A stretch of 64,000 bases of DNA from Actinomycetes bacterium (GCA_024644345.1 JAHELE010000001.1:18659-82658), one strand, 5' to 3'. Positions 28,461-39,516 are shown, counted from the first letter of the stretch. Notes: generated by a model from the sequence alone, not told the origin. Made by a program: numbers and translations.

Positions 28461-30113
28461 TCAGCGGCCGTGGAAAGCTTCCAGAGCCGCAATCGCCATG
28501 AGTGACCGGAGTGACAGCTCGTAGTCCCCCATGGGGGCGCTCATCGCATCCCCGATGATCTCCAGCAGCCACGACTGACCCTGCCCATCGGTCACTCCCG
28601 CCATCAGCAGGGTGGACGCCCCGATCCCGTCGAGGACGGCGAGCTCAGCCGGGTCCGTCTCCGCATCACCCGCACCCAGCGACACGACGTTCCCCTTCAG
28701 GGCATGCACTGTCTGCGGATAGCTCGCCAGCGGGTACTCGTTACCGATGTCCGAGCCGATCTCCTCCCCCGGCCGCGACGGGTCCCGGTGGATGGCATGA
28801 CGCACCGTCCGCACCACGCCCTTCTCCGGGTCGGCACGAGAGATCCACCAGCCGAGCGGCTGACATTGTTCGGCGACCTGCTCGGCGACCAGGACCAGTC
28901 GGTCCTCGACACCGCGGTCGCGCGCATCGTCCAGTGCGGTGATCCCCGCCCGCAGCAGCCGAGCGGTGTCTGACAGGTCCCGTCCGCGGAACATCCGGCG
29001 ATCGATCGCCGCGATGGAGGTCTGCGCAGCCTGGTGCCCCGCGACACCCGCCGGCATCCCCCGACCCGCAACGACCGGAACAGTGGCGCGGCCCCGTTTG
29101 GCCCGATACTGGGCGGCGTCGGCAAGACGAAAGAGGCGTCCGGCGGTGTCCACCTCCCCTACGTCGTCGTCGGTGGAGGCCACTCCGCACGAGACGCCTT
29201 CGAGCGGAGAACGAAGAACCAGTCGGCAGAGCTCGGTCGCTGCCTCGACCACCGAGTCGGCGGACACGTCTGGGGCGACGATGCAGAACTCGTCGCCTCC
29301 CAGGCGGGCTGCCATCGAGCCATTGAGCGTCGCGGCCGTGGCGCTGAGCATGGATGCAAAGCGCACCAGTGCGCGGTCCCCTGCCTCATGCCCCTGTTCG
29401 TCGTTGATCCGTTTGAGCCCATTCAGGTCGCACACGACCAGACTCACAGCCGCACCTTCCGATCGGTGCCGGCTCAAGGCGATGTCGAGACTCTCGTCGA
29501 CGGCTCGACGGTTGCCGATCCCGGTGAGCGGATCGGTGTGCGCCATCCGATCGACGTTGTCGAGGTGGTCCGCGGTCGCCAGCGCCGCACCGATCTGGGC
29601 TCCGACCACGAGAGCCAGGTCGACGTCGGACTCCTGAAAGCAGGGCTGGTCGGCGCTGCGGGAGAAGAAGAGTTCGCCCCAGATGCGGCCGTCCAGTGGG
29701 ATGGGGGCTCCCACGCAGCAGTGCTTGTGGAGCGAGTGCAGCAGGGCGACGTCGAACTCATCCTGTCCGTCCTGGTCGACGTTGGCCGACCATCCGGTGA
29801 GCTGGTCGGCCATGACCTGCAGGTGCTGCGAGATGTCCTCGGTATAGATCTCGTCCGTCGGCTCCGACACCTCGTCCGGCCCGAGCTCGCCATGGTTCAG
29901 GAGCACCTGTAGCTGGCCGATGTCGGCCTCCCACCGCGAGATCGACACCGATGCCGCTCCGAGCGCCTCCCTGGCCGAGATGGCAGAGCTCTGCAGCAGC
30001 TCTCTCTGGCTGCCGGCCCACGCCGCTCGGGCGATCTCGGCCAGCGCTCCAAGACGCGTCGCGACATGCTCGCGACGCGCCGGATCAAGGCGTGGCTCAT
30101 GGCCGACGGTCAT
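28461..30113 (-). CDS. GAF-GGDEF-GAF diguanylate cyclase, paralogue 1
   Basis: N-terminal GAF (PIPLDGRIWGELFFSR), GGDEF domain with intact active site (RLGGDEF; LTGIGNRRA), C-terminal GAF-like domain. The ATG at 30113 is preceded by GGGGAGGAGGG. The ORF-track TTG at 30170 is less likely. Confidence 0.8.
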   Translation of the reverse strand: MTVGHEPRLDPARREHVATRLGALAEIARAAWAGSQRELLQSSAISAREALGAASVSISRWEADIGQLQVLLNHGELGPDEVSEPTDEIYTEDISQHLQVMADQLTGWSANVDQDGQDEFDVALLHSLHKHCCVGAPIPLDGRIWGELFFSRSADQPCFQESDVDLALVVGAQIGAALATADHLDNVDRMAHTDPLTGIGNRRAVDESLDIALSRHRSEGAAVSLVVCDLNGLKRINDEQGHEAGDRALVRFASMLSATAATLNGSMAARLGGDEFCIVAPDVSADSVVEAATELCRLVLRSPLEGVSCGVASTDDDVGEVDTAGRLFRLADAAQYRAKRGRATVPVVAGRGMPAGVAGHQAAQTSIAAIDRRMFRGRDLSDTARLLRAGITALDDARDRGVEDRLVLVAEQVAEQCQPLGWWISRADPEKGVVRTVRHAIHRDPSRPGEEIGSDIGNEYPLASYPQTVHALKGNVVSLGAGDAETDPAELAVLDGIGASTLLMAGVTDGQGQSWLLEIIGDAMSAPMGDYELSLRSLMAIAALEAFHGR

Positions 30114-30220
30114 CAATTCCCTCCTCCCCGGTTCTATCGGCCCCCAACGCTCCCTCCCTTGAGGGCTCAAGGGGCTCGGACTGGGGAAGTGAGGTGCCGG
30201 TCAGGAGGCGGTTGGACGCC

Positions 30221-31867
30221 TCAGACGCCGCTCAGGGCGGCAGCCACCAGCACCCGCAGCAGCGTGACGAGGTCGCGCTCAGAGCCACTGAGTGAGTCCG
30301 TGTACACCTCGACCAGCCAGCGATCCCCATGGGCGTCCTCACCCCCGGCGCCGACGACGGCCAACGCAGAGAGGTCATCGAGGATTGCCAGCTCTGCAGA
30401 GTCCGATCCCGGATCGTCGGCCCGCACCGTGAAGGCCCCTCCTCGGAGCGCCTGCTCGGTCGAGGGGTAGTCGGCGACCGAGAATCGCTCACCCACCTCC
30501 GTGGACAGCTCCTGCTGGTTGAGACCGGGGAGTGCTCGATAAATGGCGTACTCGACGGTGGTGACGGCATCGTCCCCGTTGGCCATCCGCGAGAGCCACC
30601 AGCCGACCGCGTCGTGGTGGTGGCAGACGAGGTCTGCCACCAGGCCGAGTTTGGCGCGAGGTGGCTCGCCCGTTGCATCATCCAGCGCCCGAAGTGCCGC
30701 GTCGAGCAGGCGCAGCGGCTCAGGATGTTGCGCGCCCCGCCGTAGGCGCCGGTCGGACGTCGCTGTCGAAGGGGGGACGGCCAAGGTCACCGAAGCCTCG
30801 ACCGGCAACGCACGGCCGGCAACGACCGGGCGATGAGAGCCGGTGCGCTTGGCGCGGTACTGGGCAGCATCGGCCAGCCGGAAGAGCCGCTTGTCGTTGT
30901 CGATGGAACCGATCGCGTCCCCCGTGCTGGCCAGACCGACGGCGACGCCATGTGGCAACTCCCGCCAGGCCCGGGAGCAGACACCTTCGGCGAAGGCAAC
31001 CAGGTCATCGGGTGGACATCCGGCAACCGCGACGGCGAACTCGTCACCACCGAGTCGGGCGAGCATGGCGTCCGGCAACGACCGAGCTCCCTCATCGGCG
31101 AGGATCTGCGCCATCGACCGGAGGACCCGGTCACCGGCGTCATGGCCATGCTGGTCGTTCACGCTCTTGAGGCCGTTGATGTCACAGACCACAAGCCCCA
31201 CAGCGATGCCCTCGTTACGGTGCCGCTCCATCACGTGGTCGAACCACTCCTCGACCGCCAGGCGGTTGGCCAGTCCGGTGAGGGAGTCGGAGTGTGCCTG
31301 GGCCGTCGCCCGGCCCAGGTGCTCGGCGGTGGCGATGGCAGCACCCACCTGTGCGGCGACGGCTACTGCGAAGTCGACGTCGTCGTGGCCGTAGGGCTCT
31401 TGGATCACCGACCTGGTGACGAACAGCTCGCCCCACACCCGACCGTCGAGCGGGATGGGAGCCACGACGCAGCTTCCCTTGCCCAGCTTCTGGACCAGGA
31501 CACTGTAGGAGTCGGAACCGTCCGCCGTCGCCGTGAAGGCGCGCTGCTGCTCCATGACCGTGACGAGGGCTGCGTAGTCCGACATCCGGTAGTACTCGTT
31601 CTCTGGCTGGAGGACCTCCCCCTGCCCCAGAGCGCCATCGTTAAGCACGCAGCGCACGCGCGACTGCTCGGGTTCCCAGATGCTCAGAGAGACCGAGGCG
31701 CCATCGAGTGCCCGCATCGCCGCCAGCGACACCCGGCGCAGGAGGTCAGCACCCTCTGTCGTCGTCGCCACCCGCGCGACGTCGGCGAGCGCTTTGAAGC
31801 GCGCGGAGACCGCCGACTGTGCCGCTGGCACATCCGGACCTGGCCAGCTCGCGGTGTCGATCACCAT
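30221..31867 (-). CDS. GAF-GGDEF-GAF diguanylate cyclase, paralogue 2
   Basis: Same architecture (PIPLDGRVWGELFVTR; RLGGDEFAVAVAG; LTGLANRLA). Strong RBS (AAGGGGGGAGG) before the ATG. Confidence 0.8.
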   Translation of the reverse strand: MVIDTASWPGPDVPAAQSAVSARFKALADVARVATTTEGADLLRRVSLAAMRALDGASVSLSIWEPEQSRVRCVLNDGALGQGEVLQPENEYYRMSDYAALVTVMEQQRAFTATADGSDSYSVLVQKLGKGSCVVAPIPLDGRVWGELFVTRSVIQEPYGHDDVDFAVAVAAQVGAAIATAEHLGRATAQAHSDSLTGLANRLAVEEWFDHVMERHRNEGIAVGLVVCDINGLKSVNDQHGHDAGDRVLRSMAQILADEGARSLPDAMLARLGGDEFAVAVAGCPPDDLVAFAEGVCSRAWRELPHGVAVGLASTGDAIGSIDNDKRLFRLADAAQYRAKRTGSHRPVVAGRALPVEASVTLAVPPSTATSDRRLRRGAQHPEPLRLLDAALRALDDATGEPPRAKLGLVADLVCHHHDAVGWWLSRMANGDDAVTTVEYAIYRALPGLNQQELSTEVGERFSVADYPSTEQALRGGAFTVRADDPGSDSAELAILDDLSALAVVGAGGEDAHGDRWLVEVYTDSLSGSERDLVTLLRVLVAAALSGV

Positions 31868-31925
31868 GCCTCCCCCCTTGAGATCGGAGTGAAGGGGCGG
31901 GGTCTTGAGCCTGCACCTGGTCCGC

Positions 31926-33590
31926 TCAGGAGCGGGTCAGCGGGTGCAGGGCCGCCAGCACCAGCAGGCGGAGAACGCCGGCCAGCTCCTGCCCCAGGGT
32001 GCTCAGCTCGTCCAGAAAGATCTCGACCAGCCAGCTGTCCCCGTACTGGTCGGTGCCCCCCGCGGCGATGACTGCGCTGGCGTCCAATCCGTCGAGGATG
32101 GCCAGTTCCGCAGGGTCCGCCGTCGGGTCGCCGGCTGTCACGGCGTAACCGCCTCCGCCCAGGGCGTACCGAGTCTGCGGGTACGTGTCCAGGGCGAAGC
32201 CCTCACCGAGCTCCGACAGCGGCTCGTCGGCACCGAGCCCAGGCGGCCGGCGGTAGAGCGAGAGGTCGACGGTGTGCAGGGCATCGGACCCCTGCGGGCT
32301 CAGCGATAACCACCAGCCCAAGCCGTCCACATGGTGGGTGAGCAGGTCGGCGACCAGACCAAGGCGCGTCCGGGGAGCCTCGCTAGCCGCCTGGTCGAGC
32401 GCGCGCAGGGCGGCGTCCGACAGCTGACCGAGGCTGGAGCTGTCTCGACCCCGGAAGACCCGACGGTCCGGCGCCAGCAGGTCGTCCTGGTCGCCCAGTG
32501 ACACCGCCAGCTCCGGCGGCAGGGGTCGACCCGCCACCACCGGCACGCGTGACCGGATGCGCTTGGCGCGGTACTGCGCTGCATCGGCCAGACGAAGCAG
32601 CCGAGCCGGGTTCTCGATCGGGCCAACGGCATCGCTGGTCACGACCACGCCGCAGGCGACACCGTGCGGCAGACGCGCCCAGCCGGTTCGGCACACGGTC
32701 TGCACGGCTTCGACGACCCGAGGGGCGTCCTGCCCACTCACGGCCAAACAGAACTCGTCCCCCCCAAGCCGCGCCACGAGCGAGTGCTCGAAGTCACGGG
32801 CGGAGTCGAACAAGATGTGGGCGAGCTGCCGAAGAACGCGGTCACCGGCATCGTGCCCCTGGTCGTCATTGATTCGCTTCAGGCCGTTGAGGTCGAGCAC
32901 CGCCAGGCCGATGGGCTCCTGGTTGTCGCGCCATCTAAGCATCGCAGCATCGAGCCACTGGTCGAGCGCCCGACGATTGGCCAGACCCGTCATCGAGTCG
33001 GTCTGGGCCAGGCGCTCGACGCTCTCCACATGATCGGCGCTTTCCAGCGCAGCACTCACCTGGGCGGCCACTGCCGATACCCAGTCCAGGTCGGCTTCGC
33101 CGAAGGGCTCTCGTTCGGAGTTGCGCGCCACGAAGAGCTCGCCCCACCACTCTCCGGCATAGAGCAGCGGCACACTGATCGAGCTCCGCTTGTCGAGCAG
33201 AATCAGGTAGTCGCGGTCATCTTCGGCAATGGTCGGGTCGTCCAGGCTCAGCACCGATCCGAGGAGGCCATCGGCCATCCCGGCGAGCCATGTGCTCTGG
33301 TCGGCCTCGTACACCTCGTCCTCGGGCTCCTCCTCCTCCCACTCGGCGAGATCGCCCACGTTGAGGACCGCCCGAAGCACCTGACGATCGGGCAGCCACA
33401 CGCCCAGAGAACCCGAATCAGCCTCCGCGGCCCGCATGGCGGCCAGCATGATCTGTTTGGTGGCCTGTGACTTGGGCAGTCCGACTCCCGCGCGGCCGAC
33501 ATCGCTGAGGGCACGGAGGCGCGCCTCACTCCGGTCACGCGCGCGACGCATGACCGCCCGAGAGGTGTCCTCTGCCACCTGATCCACCAT
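31926..33590 (-). CDS. GAF-GGDEF-GAF diguanylate cyclase, paralogue 3
   Basis: Same architecture (VPLLYAGEWWGELFVAR; RLGGDEFCLAVSG; MTGLANRRA). Confidence 0.8.
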   Translation of the reverse strand: MVDQVAEDTSRAVMRRARDRSEARLRALSDVGRAGVGLPKSQATKQIMLAAMRAAEADSGSLGVWLPDRQVLRAVLNVGDLAEWEEEEPEDEVYEADQSTWLAGMADGLLGSVLSLDDPTIAEDDRDYLILLDKRSSISVPLLYAGEWWGELFVARNSEREPFGEADLDWVSAVAAQVSAALESADHVESVERLAQTDSMTGLANRRALDQWLDAAMLRWRDNQEPIGLAVLDLNGLKRINDDQGHDAGDRVLRQLAHILFDSARDFEHSLVARLGGDEFCLAVSGQDAPRVVEAVQTVCRTGWARLPHGVACGVVVTSDAVGPIENPARLLRLADAAQYRAKRIRSRVPVVAGRPLPPELAVSLGDQDDLLAPDRRVFRGRDSSSLGQLSDAALRALDQAASEAPRTRLGLVADLLTHHVDGLGWWLSLSPQGSDALHTVDLSLYRRPPGLGADEPLSELGEGFALDTYPQTRYALGGGGYAVTAGDPTADPAELAILDGLDASAVIAAGGTDQYGDSWLVEIFLDELSTLGQELAGVLRLLVLAALHPLTRS

Positions 33591-33725
33591 CCGCCCTTGT
33601 CCCTCTCACACTCGGCATCGCGACCCCACCACTGAAACACGCCAGCACCGGCTCCCATCGTGTTCCTGCGCGTCGATACGCTGACCGCCACCTGACCAAA
33701 CGTCACCCACGAGCCGGAGCTGAGC

Positions 33726-35354
33726 ATGGCCGCAGATTCCAGTGACTCAACGCCCCAGCCGACGACAGGGTCGGCAGGTGTTGACCTGCACACCACCGCC
33801 GGCAAGCTCGCCCAGCTGCGCCACAAGTACGACGAGGCGGTGCATGCCGGCTCCGAACGGGCCGTCGAGGCCCAGCACGGGCGGGGGAAGCTCACGGCGC
33901 GTGAGCGCGTCGAGACGTTCTTGGACGACGGCTCGTTCGTGGAGTTCGACGAGCTGGCTCGGCACCGCTCACACAACTTCGGTCTTCAGGACAAGCGCCC
34001 GTACGGCGACGGAGTCGTGACCGGGTACGGAACCGTAGACGGCCGACAGGTATTCGTCTTCGCGCAGGACTTCACGGTGTTCGGCGGATCTCTGGGCGAA
34101 GTGTTCGGCGAGAAGATCGTCAAGGTCATGGACATGGCCTTGAAGACCGGCGCGCCCGTCGTCGGCATCAACGACTCGGGTGGGGCCAGGATCCAGGAGG
34201 GCGTCACATCCCTTGCCCAGTACGGTGAGATCTTCTACAGGAACGTGCAGGCCTCGGGCGTCATCCCCCAGATCTCACTGATCATGGGCCCGTGCGCAGG
34301 TGGGGCGGTCTACTCACCGGCAATCACCGACTTCATCATCATGGTCGACAAGACTTCGCACATGTTCATCACCGGCCCCGAAGTGATCAAGACAGTCACC
34401 GGTGAGGACGTCGCGTTCGAAGAGCTCGGCGGAGCCCGGTCGCACCAGGCCAAGAGCGGCGTCGCCCACTTCATGGCCGCCAGCGAGCAGGAGGCACTCG
34501 AGCTGACCCAGCAGCTACTCTCGTTCCTGCCCAGCAACAACCTCGACGAGCCACCCACGTTCGAGTCCGCCTCCACCGACGACGTCACCCCCGACGACCT
34601 CGTTCTCGACACCCTCATCCCCGACTCTGCGAACCAGCCATACGACATGCACCAGGTGATCGAGTCGATCGTCGACGACGGCGACTTCCTCGAGGTCCAG
34701 GCGCTCTTCGCCCCGAACCTGCTGACCGGTTTCGGACGCGTCGAGGGCCGCTCGGTGGGCGTTGTCGCCAACCAACCGATGCAATTCGCCGGAACGCTCG
34801 ACATCGACGCGTCCGAGAAGGCTGCCCGGTTCGTGCGTACCTGTGATGCATTCAACGTTCCTGTGTTGACGCTGGTCGATGTCCCCGGCTTCCTCCCCGG
34901 CACCGACCAGGAGTGGGGCGGCATCATTCGGCGCGGCGCCAAGCTCATCTACGCCTATGCCGAGGCCACCGTTCCGCTGGTCACGATCATCACGCGCAAG
35001 GCATACGGCGGTGCCTACGACGTCATGGGGTCAAAGCACCTCGGCGCCGACATCAACCTCGCCTGGCCCACCGCACAGATCGCGGTCATGGGGGCCCAGG
35101 GCGCGGTGAACATCTTGCACCGTAAAGAGATCCAGGCCGCAACCGAGCGCGGCGACCTGGACGCCACCAGGGCCCAGCTCATCGAGAGCTACGAGGACGC
35201 ACTTCTCAACCCCTACCTGGCCGCCGAACGCGGCTACATCGACGCGGTGATCGAGCCGTCGGCCACCCGGGTGCAGGTGACTCGAGCCCTTCGGATGCTG
35301 CGGACGAAACGGGCGAACCGACCACCCAAGAAGCACGGGAACATCCCGCTGTGA
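33726..35354 (+). CDS. accD5: acyl-CoA carboxylase carboxyltransferase beta subunit (propionyl/acetyl-CoA carboxylase)
   Basis: Carboxyltransferase N and C domains (GGARIQEG...[13 protein letters not shown]...). GGAG RBS. Synteny birA-accD5-accE5-maf-accA3. Confidence 0.9.
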   Translation: MAADSSDSTPQPTTGSAGVDLHTTAGKLAQLRHKYDEAVHAGSERAVEAQHGRGKLTARERVETFLDDGSFVEFDELARHRSHNFGLQDKRPYGDGVVTGYGTVDGRQVFVFAQDFTVFGGSLGEVFGEKIVKVMDMALKTGAPVVGINDSGGARIQEGVTSLAQYGEIFYRNVQASGVIPQISLIMGPCAGGAVYSPAITDFIIMVDKTSHMFITGPEVIKTVTGEDVAFEELGGARSHQAKSGVAHFMAASEQEALELTQQLLSFLPSNNLDEPPTFESASTDDVTPDDLVLDTLIPDSANQPYDMHQVIESIVDDGDFLEVQALFAPNLLTGFGRVEGRSVGVVANQPMQFAGTLDIDASEKAARFVRTCDAFNVPVLTLVDVPGFLPGTDQEWGGIIRRGAKLIYAYAEATVPLVTIITRKAYGGAYDVMGSKHLGADINLAWPTAQIAVMGAQGAVNILHRKEIQAATERGDLDATRAQLIESYEDALLNPYLAAERGYIDAVIEPSATRVQVTRALRMLRTKRANRPPKKHGNIPL

Positions 35355-35563
35355 GCGAGCCGGAGCCGGACATCACCGTGGTTTCCGGCGACCCCGATCC
35401 CATCGAACTCGCCGCCGTCGTGGCGGTGTTGGCGATGCGCCGCACCGGTGGCGTACCCACGGCTGCGCCGAGGCGATCACTATGGGCCTCACGCTCACGC
35501 CAGGTCCGACCGACGCTGGGCGCCGGTCCGGGTTCGTGGCGTGCATCGACACTCCCACGGTGA
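35351..35563 (+). CDS. accE5: acyl-CoA carboxylase epsilon subunit
   Basis: Small protein ([24 protein letters not shown]). Its GTG overlaps the accD5 stop (GTGA). Typical position immediately after accD5. Confidence 0.6.
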   Translation: MSEPEPDITVVSGDPDPIELAAVVAVLAMRRTGGVPTAAPRRSLWASRSRQVRPTLGAGPGSWRASTLPR

Positions 35564-35579
35564 GCGTCAGGTACCCGCG

Positions 35580-36212
35580 ATGAGATTCGTCCTGGCCTCC
35601 GCCTCGCCGGCAAGACGGGCCTTGCTGCGCGCAGCCGGAGTCGATCCCGAGGTCATCGTGAGCGGAGTCGACGAGGACCAGGCAGCTGGTCCTCCCGGCG
35701 AGCTGGCACTCATCCTCGCCGAGCACAAGGCGCAGGCGGTGGCCGAGCGACTGGCCCTGGGCGCCCCGACGGCAGCTCGCGAACCCACGGTCGTTCTTGG
35801 CTGTGATTCGGTCCTGGAGCGCGCGGGAGTGGCGTTCGGAAAGCCCACCAGCTCACAGGATGCCGTCGCCAGGTGGCGGGACATGCGCGGGCGAGAGGGC
35901 GTCCTGCACACCGGTCACTGCCTCATCGCCCTGGACGCCCCCGGCGCCCAGCCAGCTGGCCACCGCAGCGTCAGCGCGCTGGCTTCGGCGACTGTACGGT
36001 TCGGTACCCCGAGCGACGCCGAGATCGACTCCTACGTCGCCACGGGCGAACCTCTTCAGGTCGCGGGAGGCTTCACCCTGGATCGGCTCGGGGGGTGGTT
36101 CGTCGACGGGATCGAAGGAGATCCCGGCACTGTTCTGGGCTTGTCGCTGCCCCTTCTGCGACGACTGCTCGCCCAACTGGACATCAGCGTTCCCTCCCTC
36201 TGGACGCGGTAG
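35580..36212 (+). CDS. maf: Maf-like nucleoside triphosphate pyrophosphatase (septum formation protein Maf)
   Basis: [16 protein letters not shown]...GCDSVLE...GKP...GF. The internal ATG at 35580 is used because the ORF-track N-terminal extension overlaps accE5. Confidence 0.8.
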   Translation: MRFVLASASPARRALLRAAGVDPEVIVSGVDEDQAAGPPGELALILAEHKAQAVAERLALGAPTAAREPTVVLGCDSVLERAGVAFGKPTSSQDAVARWRDMRGREGVLHTGHCLIALDAPGAQPAGHRSVSALASATVRFGTPSDAEIDSYVATGEPLQVAGGFTLDRLGGWFVDGIEGDPGTVLGLSLPLLRRLLAQLDISVPSLWTR

Positions 36213-36292
36213 GGCCTCGGGCTCAATAGACTGCGCCGGAACCGGGTCCGGTCACCGCCGGGGCCCTCGGCTGAACCTCACGTGGAGTCGAT

Positions 36293-38053
36293 GTGCGCAA
36301 GGTCCTGATCGCCAACCGTGGCGAGATCGCTGTCCGCGTCGCGCGGGCTTGCCGAGATGCCGGAATCAGCTCCGTGGCGGTCTACGCCGACTCCGACCGA
36401 GATGCCCCGCACGCGCGAGCCGCCGACGAGGCGTACGCGCTCGGCGGTGACACGCCGGCGACGACCTATCTCGACATGGGCAAGGTGCTCGACGTCGCAG
36501 CCCGATCCGACGCCGACGCCGTCCACCCCGGATACGGATTCCTGTCCGAGAACGCCGACTTCGCCCAGGCGGTCATGGACGCCGGGCTGACCTGGATCGG
36601 CCCGCCGCCCGCGGCGATCCGCTCCCTCGGCGACAAGGTGCAGGCACGCCACATTGCTCAGGCGGTGGACGCGCCGCAGGTGGCGGGTACGGCCGATCCG
36701 GTCACGGGGTCCGACGAGGTCGTCACCTTCGCGAAGGAGCACGGGCTTCCCGTCGCCATCAAGGCGGCGTTCGGGGGCGGGGGCAGGGGCCTGAAGGTGG
36801 CCAGGACGATCGACGAGATCCCTGAGCTCTACGACTCGGCGGTGCGTGAGGCCGTCACGGCGTTCGGCCGCGGGGAGTGTTTCGTCGAGCGCTACCTCGA
36901 CCGCCCACGACACGTCGAGACACAGTGCCTGGCCGACCAGCACGGCAACGTGGTGGTGGTCTCCACCCGCGACTGCTCGCTGCAGCGCCGTCACCAGAAG
37001 CTTGTCGAGGAGGCCCCGGCTCCCTTCCTGTCGGAGGCGCAGAACGCCGAGCTCTACCGCGCGTCCAAAGCCATCCTGCGCAAGGCGGGTTACGTCGGGG
37101 CCGGCACATGCGAGTTCCTCGTCGGTCAGGACGGCACCATCTCCTTCCTCGAGGTGAACACCCGACTGCAGGTCGAGCACCCCGTCACCGAAGAGGTCAC
37201 CGGCATCGACCTCGTACGTGAAATGTTCCGGATCGCCGACGGTGAAGAGCTCGGCTACGACGACCCGGCCGTCCGGGGTCACTCGTTCGAGTTCCGGATC
37301 AATGGCGAGGACCCCGGCCGGGGCTTCCTTCCGGCTCCCGGCCAGGTGACCGTCTGGCGTCCAGCGGCGGGGCCGGGCGTTCGACTGGACTCCGGGGTCG
37401 AGCAGGGCTCAGTCATCGGGCAGAACTTCGACTCGTTGCTGGCCAAGCTGATCGTGACCGGTTCGACTCGTCAGCACGCGGTGGAGCGAGCGCGGCGGGC
37501 GCTCGACGAGTTCACGGTCGAAGGGATGGCGACGGCGCTGACGTTCGACCGGGCCGTCATGCACGACCGGGCGTTCACCCCGGACGACCCAGAGCAGCCG
37601 TTTGCGGTGCACACGCGATGGATCGAGACCGAATTCGACAACACCATCGAGCCGCACACAGGCAGTGAGGTGGCCGCTGACGGCGAAGAACGCGAGTCCG
37701 TCACCGTCGAGGTCGGAGGAAAGCGCCTCGAGGTCACCCTTCCGGCCGGGTTTGGTGGGGCTGCCCCGGCAACCGCAGGCGCGGGCCGAGCGGCGCCTCG
37801 TCGTTCGGCCAAGCGTGGCTCAGCAGCTGCGTCCGGCGGCGATGCGCTCACCAGTCCCATGCAGGGCACGATCGTGAAGATCGCTGTTGCAGACGGTCAG
37901 GTGGTCGAGGCGGGGGAACTCGTCGTCGTGCTGGAAGCCATGAAGATGGAGCAGCCGCTGAACGCTCACAAGGCAGGAACCGTCACCGAACTTTCAGCAG
38001 AGATCGGCCAGACCCTGACTGCCGGCGCCAGCATCTGCACGATCGTGGGATGA
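36293..38053 (+). CDS. accA3: biotin-dependent acyl-CoA carboxylase alpha subunit (biotin carboxylase + BCCP)
   Basis: ATP-grasp biotin carboxylase ([14 protein letters not shown]...) and a C-terminal biotinyl domain (EAMKME). Confidence 0.9.
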   Translation: MRKVLIANRGEIAVRVARACRDAGISSVAVYADSDRDAPHARAADEAYALGGDTPATTYLDMGKVLDVAARSDADAVHPGYGFLSENADFAQAVMDAGLTWIGPPPAAIRSLGDKVQARHIAQAVDAPQVAGTADPVTGSDEVVTFAKEHGLPVAIKAAFGGGGRGLKVARTIDEIPELYDSAVREAVTAFGRGECFVERYLDRPRHVETQCLADQHGNVVVVSTRDCSLQRRHQKLVEEAPAPFLSEAQNAELYRASKAILRKAGYVGAGTCEFLVGQDGTISFLEVNTRLQVEHPVTEEVTGIDLVREMFRIADGEELGYDDPAVRGHSFEFRINGEDPGRGFLPAPGQVTVWRPAAGPGVRLDSGVEQGSVIGQNFDSLLAKLIVTGSTRQHAVERARRALDEFTVEGMATALTFDRAVMHDRAFTPDDPEQPFAVHTRWIETEFDNTIEPHTGSEVAADGEERESVTVEVGGKRLEVTLPAGFGGAAPATAGAGRAAPRRSAKRGSAAASGGDALTSPMQGTIVKIAVADGQVVEAGELVVVLEAMKMEQPLNAHKAGTVTELSAEIGQTLTAGASICTIVG

Positions 38054-38285
38054 GACGCACGTGGGCCTAGCGTGACGCCTCTCCGCCGGCGCCCGACGAC
38101 TCAGCAGGCGTAGACCTCTCAGCGAGAACGTGCTCGATCGCCGCCAGGCGCATCTCCAGCCGGTCGAGGGTCTCCAGTGCCGCTTGCGCGAGCTTCTCGC
38201 TAGTCGTCGGCTGCTGCGCTTGCTCACCGTCCGACTCTACGCGTCAATACGGTGACGAGAGTCGATCCGATGCCGTTGGGGAAGG

Positions 38286-39071
38286 ATGGCCACGATGACC
38301 GCCCCCGCTCAGGTTCCCCCGCTGGTCGCCGACTACTCGCGTCAGCTTGCGCAGCTCATCGAGACGCGATGCCCCGGCCAGCTGGTCGGTGCCTATCTGC
38401 ATGGCTCGGCAGCCCTAGGGGGCTGGGAGCCGACGCGGAGCGACGTGGACCTCGTCATCGTGCTCGACACTTTGCCGACGCGAACGGCTCTCGCAGCGGT
38501 GGAACAGGTGCTCGTAGACCGTGGCCCAAGCAGTCCCGGGACAGGGCTTGAGTGCAGCGTCGTGACCGCAGAAGCCGCGGCTACCCCATGCGATCCGTGG
38601 CCCTTCCTGCTTCACGTCCAGGCATTCCGGGACCAGGAAGCGACGCGGGTGCCCGGGGACTTGTTGCCGGGTGACCGGGACCTCCTGATGCACTACGCCG
38701 TCTGCCGGGCCGCGGGTGTCCGGCTGTGTGGCCCTGATGCCCGGGACATCTTTGGTCCCGTTCCACGCTCCGTGGTGCTCCCCTACCTGGTTGACGAACT
38801 GCGCTGGGGGATGGGCCACACGTCTGCGGCCTACGCGGTTCTGAACGCATGCCGCGCACTCACGTTCATGTCCCGCGGTGAGCTGGTCTCGAAGATCGAG
38901 GGTGGGCAGCTCGCCGTCGAAGAGGGTCTCGGCCCGGTCGAAGTGATCACCCGCGCCCTCGCTGAACAACGAGGACTGGCTGAGCCAGGTCCGCTGACCC
39001 TCGAAGCAACCGCCTTCGTGGATCGGGTCGTCACGACCCTTGATTCGGAGGCTCGTCTGGCTGAAGGTTAG
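38286..39071 (+). CDS. aminoglycoside nucleotidyltransferase-like protein (AadA/ANT(9) family: NTase domain + DUF4111)
   Basis: Pol-beta-type NTase motif (HGSAALGGWEPTRSDVDLVIVL). The C-terminal helical domain resembles the AadA C-domain. RBS GGGGAAGG. Confidence 0.55.
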   Translation: MATMTAPAQVPPLVADYSRQLAQLIETRCPGQLVGAYLHGSAALGGWEPTRSDVDLVIVLDTLPTRTALAAVEQVLVDRGPSSPGTGLECSVVTAEAAATPCDPWPFLLHVQAFRDQEATRVPGDLLPGDRDLLMHYAVCRAAGVRLCGPDARDIFGPVPRSVVLPYLVDELRWGMGHTSAAYAVLNACRALTFMSRGELVSKIEGGQLAVEEGLGPVEVITRALAEQRGLAEPGPLTLEATAFVDRVVTTLDSEARLAEG

Positions 39072-39105
39072 GCGGTACCGGGCACGACCGGTCGAAGGAG
39101 TTCTG

Positions 39106-39483
39106 ATGGCTGTTCAGCTGAACCACACAATCGTGTGGGCCAACGACAAGCATGAGTCGGCCGCCTTTCTGACAGATGTTCTCGGTCTCGCCGAACCGAG
39201 CCGATACGGGTCGTTCGTCGTCGTCCAGGTCGACAACGGTGTCTCCTTGGACTTCCTCGACGTCGACGACGTCGTCCATCCGCAGCACTATGCCTTCATC
39301 GTCGATGAGCAGGCGTTCGACGAGATCTTCGAACGGATCCGCGGGCGGGGGCTGTCGTACTGGGCCGATCCGGGCCAGCAGCAGCTCGGCGAGATCAACA
39401 CCAGGGACGGCGGACGAGGCGTGTACTGGGAGGACCCCAACGGCCACCTTCTCGAGATCATCACCCGCCCGTACGGCGGCTGA
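39106..39483 (+). CDS. VOC family protein (glyoxalase/bleomycin-resistance/dioxygenase fold)
   Basis: LNHTIVWANDKHESAAFLTDVLGL...HYAFIV. The ATG at 39106 is preceded by GAAGGAG. Confidence 0.7.
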   Translation: MAVQLNHTIVWANDKHESAAFLTDVLGLAEPSRYGSFVVVQVDNGVSLDFLDVDDVVHPQHYAFIVDEQAFDEIFERIRGRGLSYWADPGQQQLGEINTRDGGRGVYWEDPNGHLLEIITRPYGG

Positions 39484-39516
39484 GGCCGACCAGCGCCGGA
39501 CCCCGCGCATCGCCCC

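Noticed and set aside
38067-38153. Short minus-strand reading frame with coding-like GC3 (…EKLAQAALETLDRLEMRLAAIEHVLAER…) in the accA3-ant spacer.
   Set aside because: The only canonical start gives 28 aa, and an upstream in-frame TGA truncates the longer frame. It is probably a gene remnant, too short to call.
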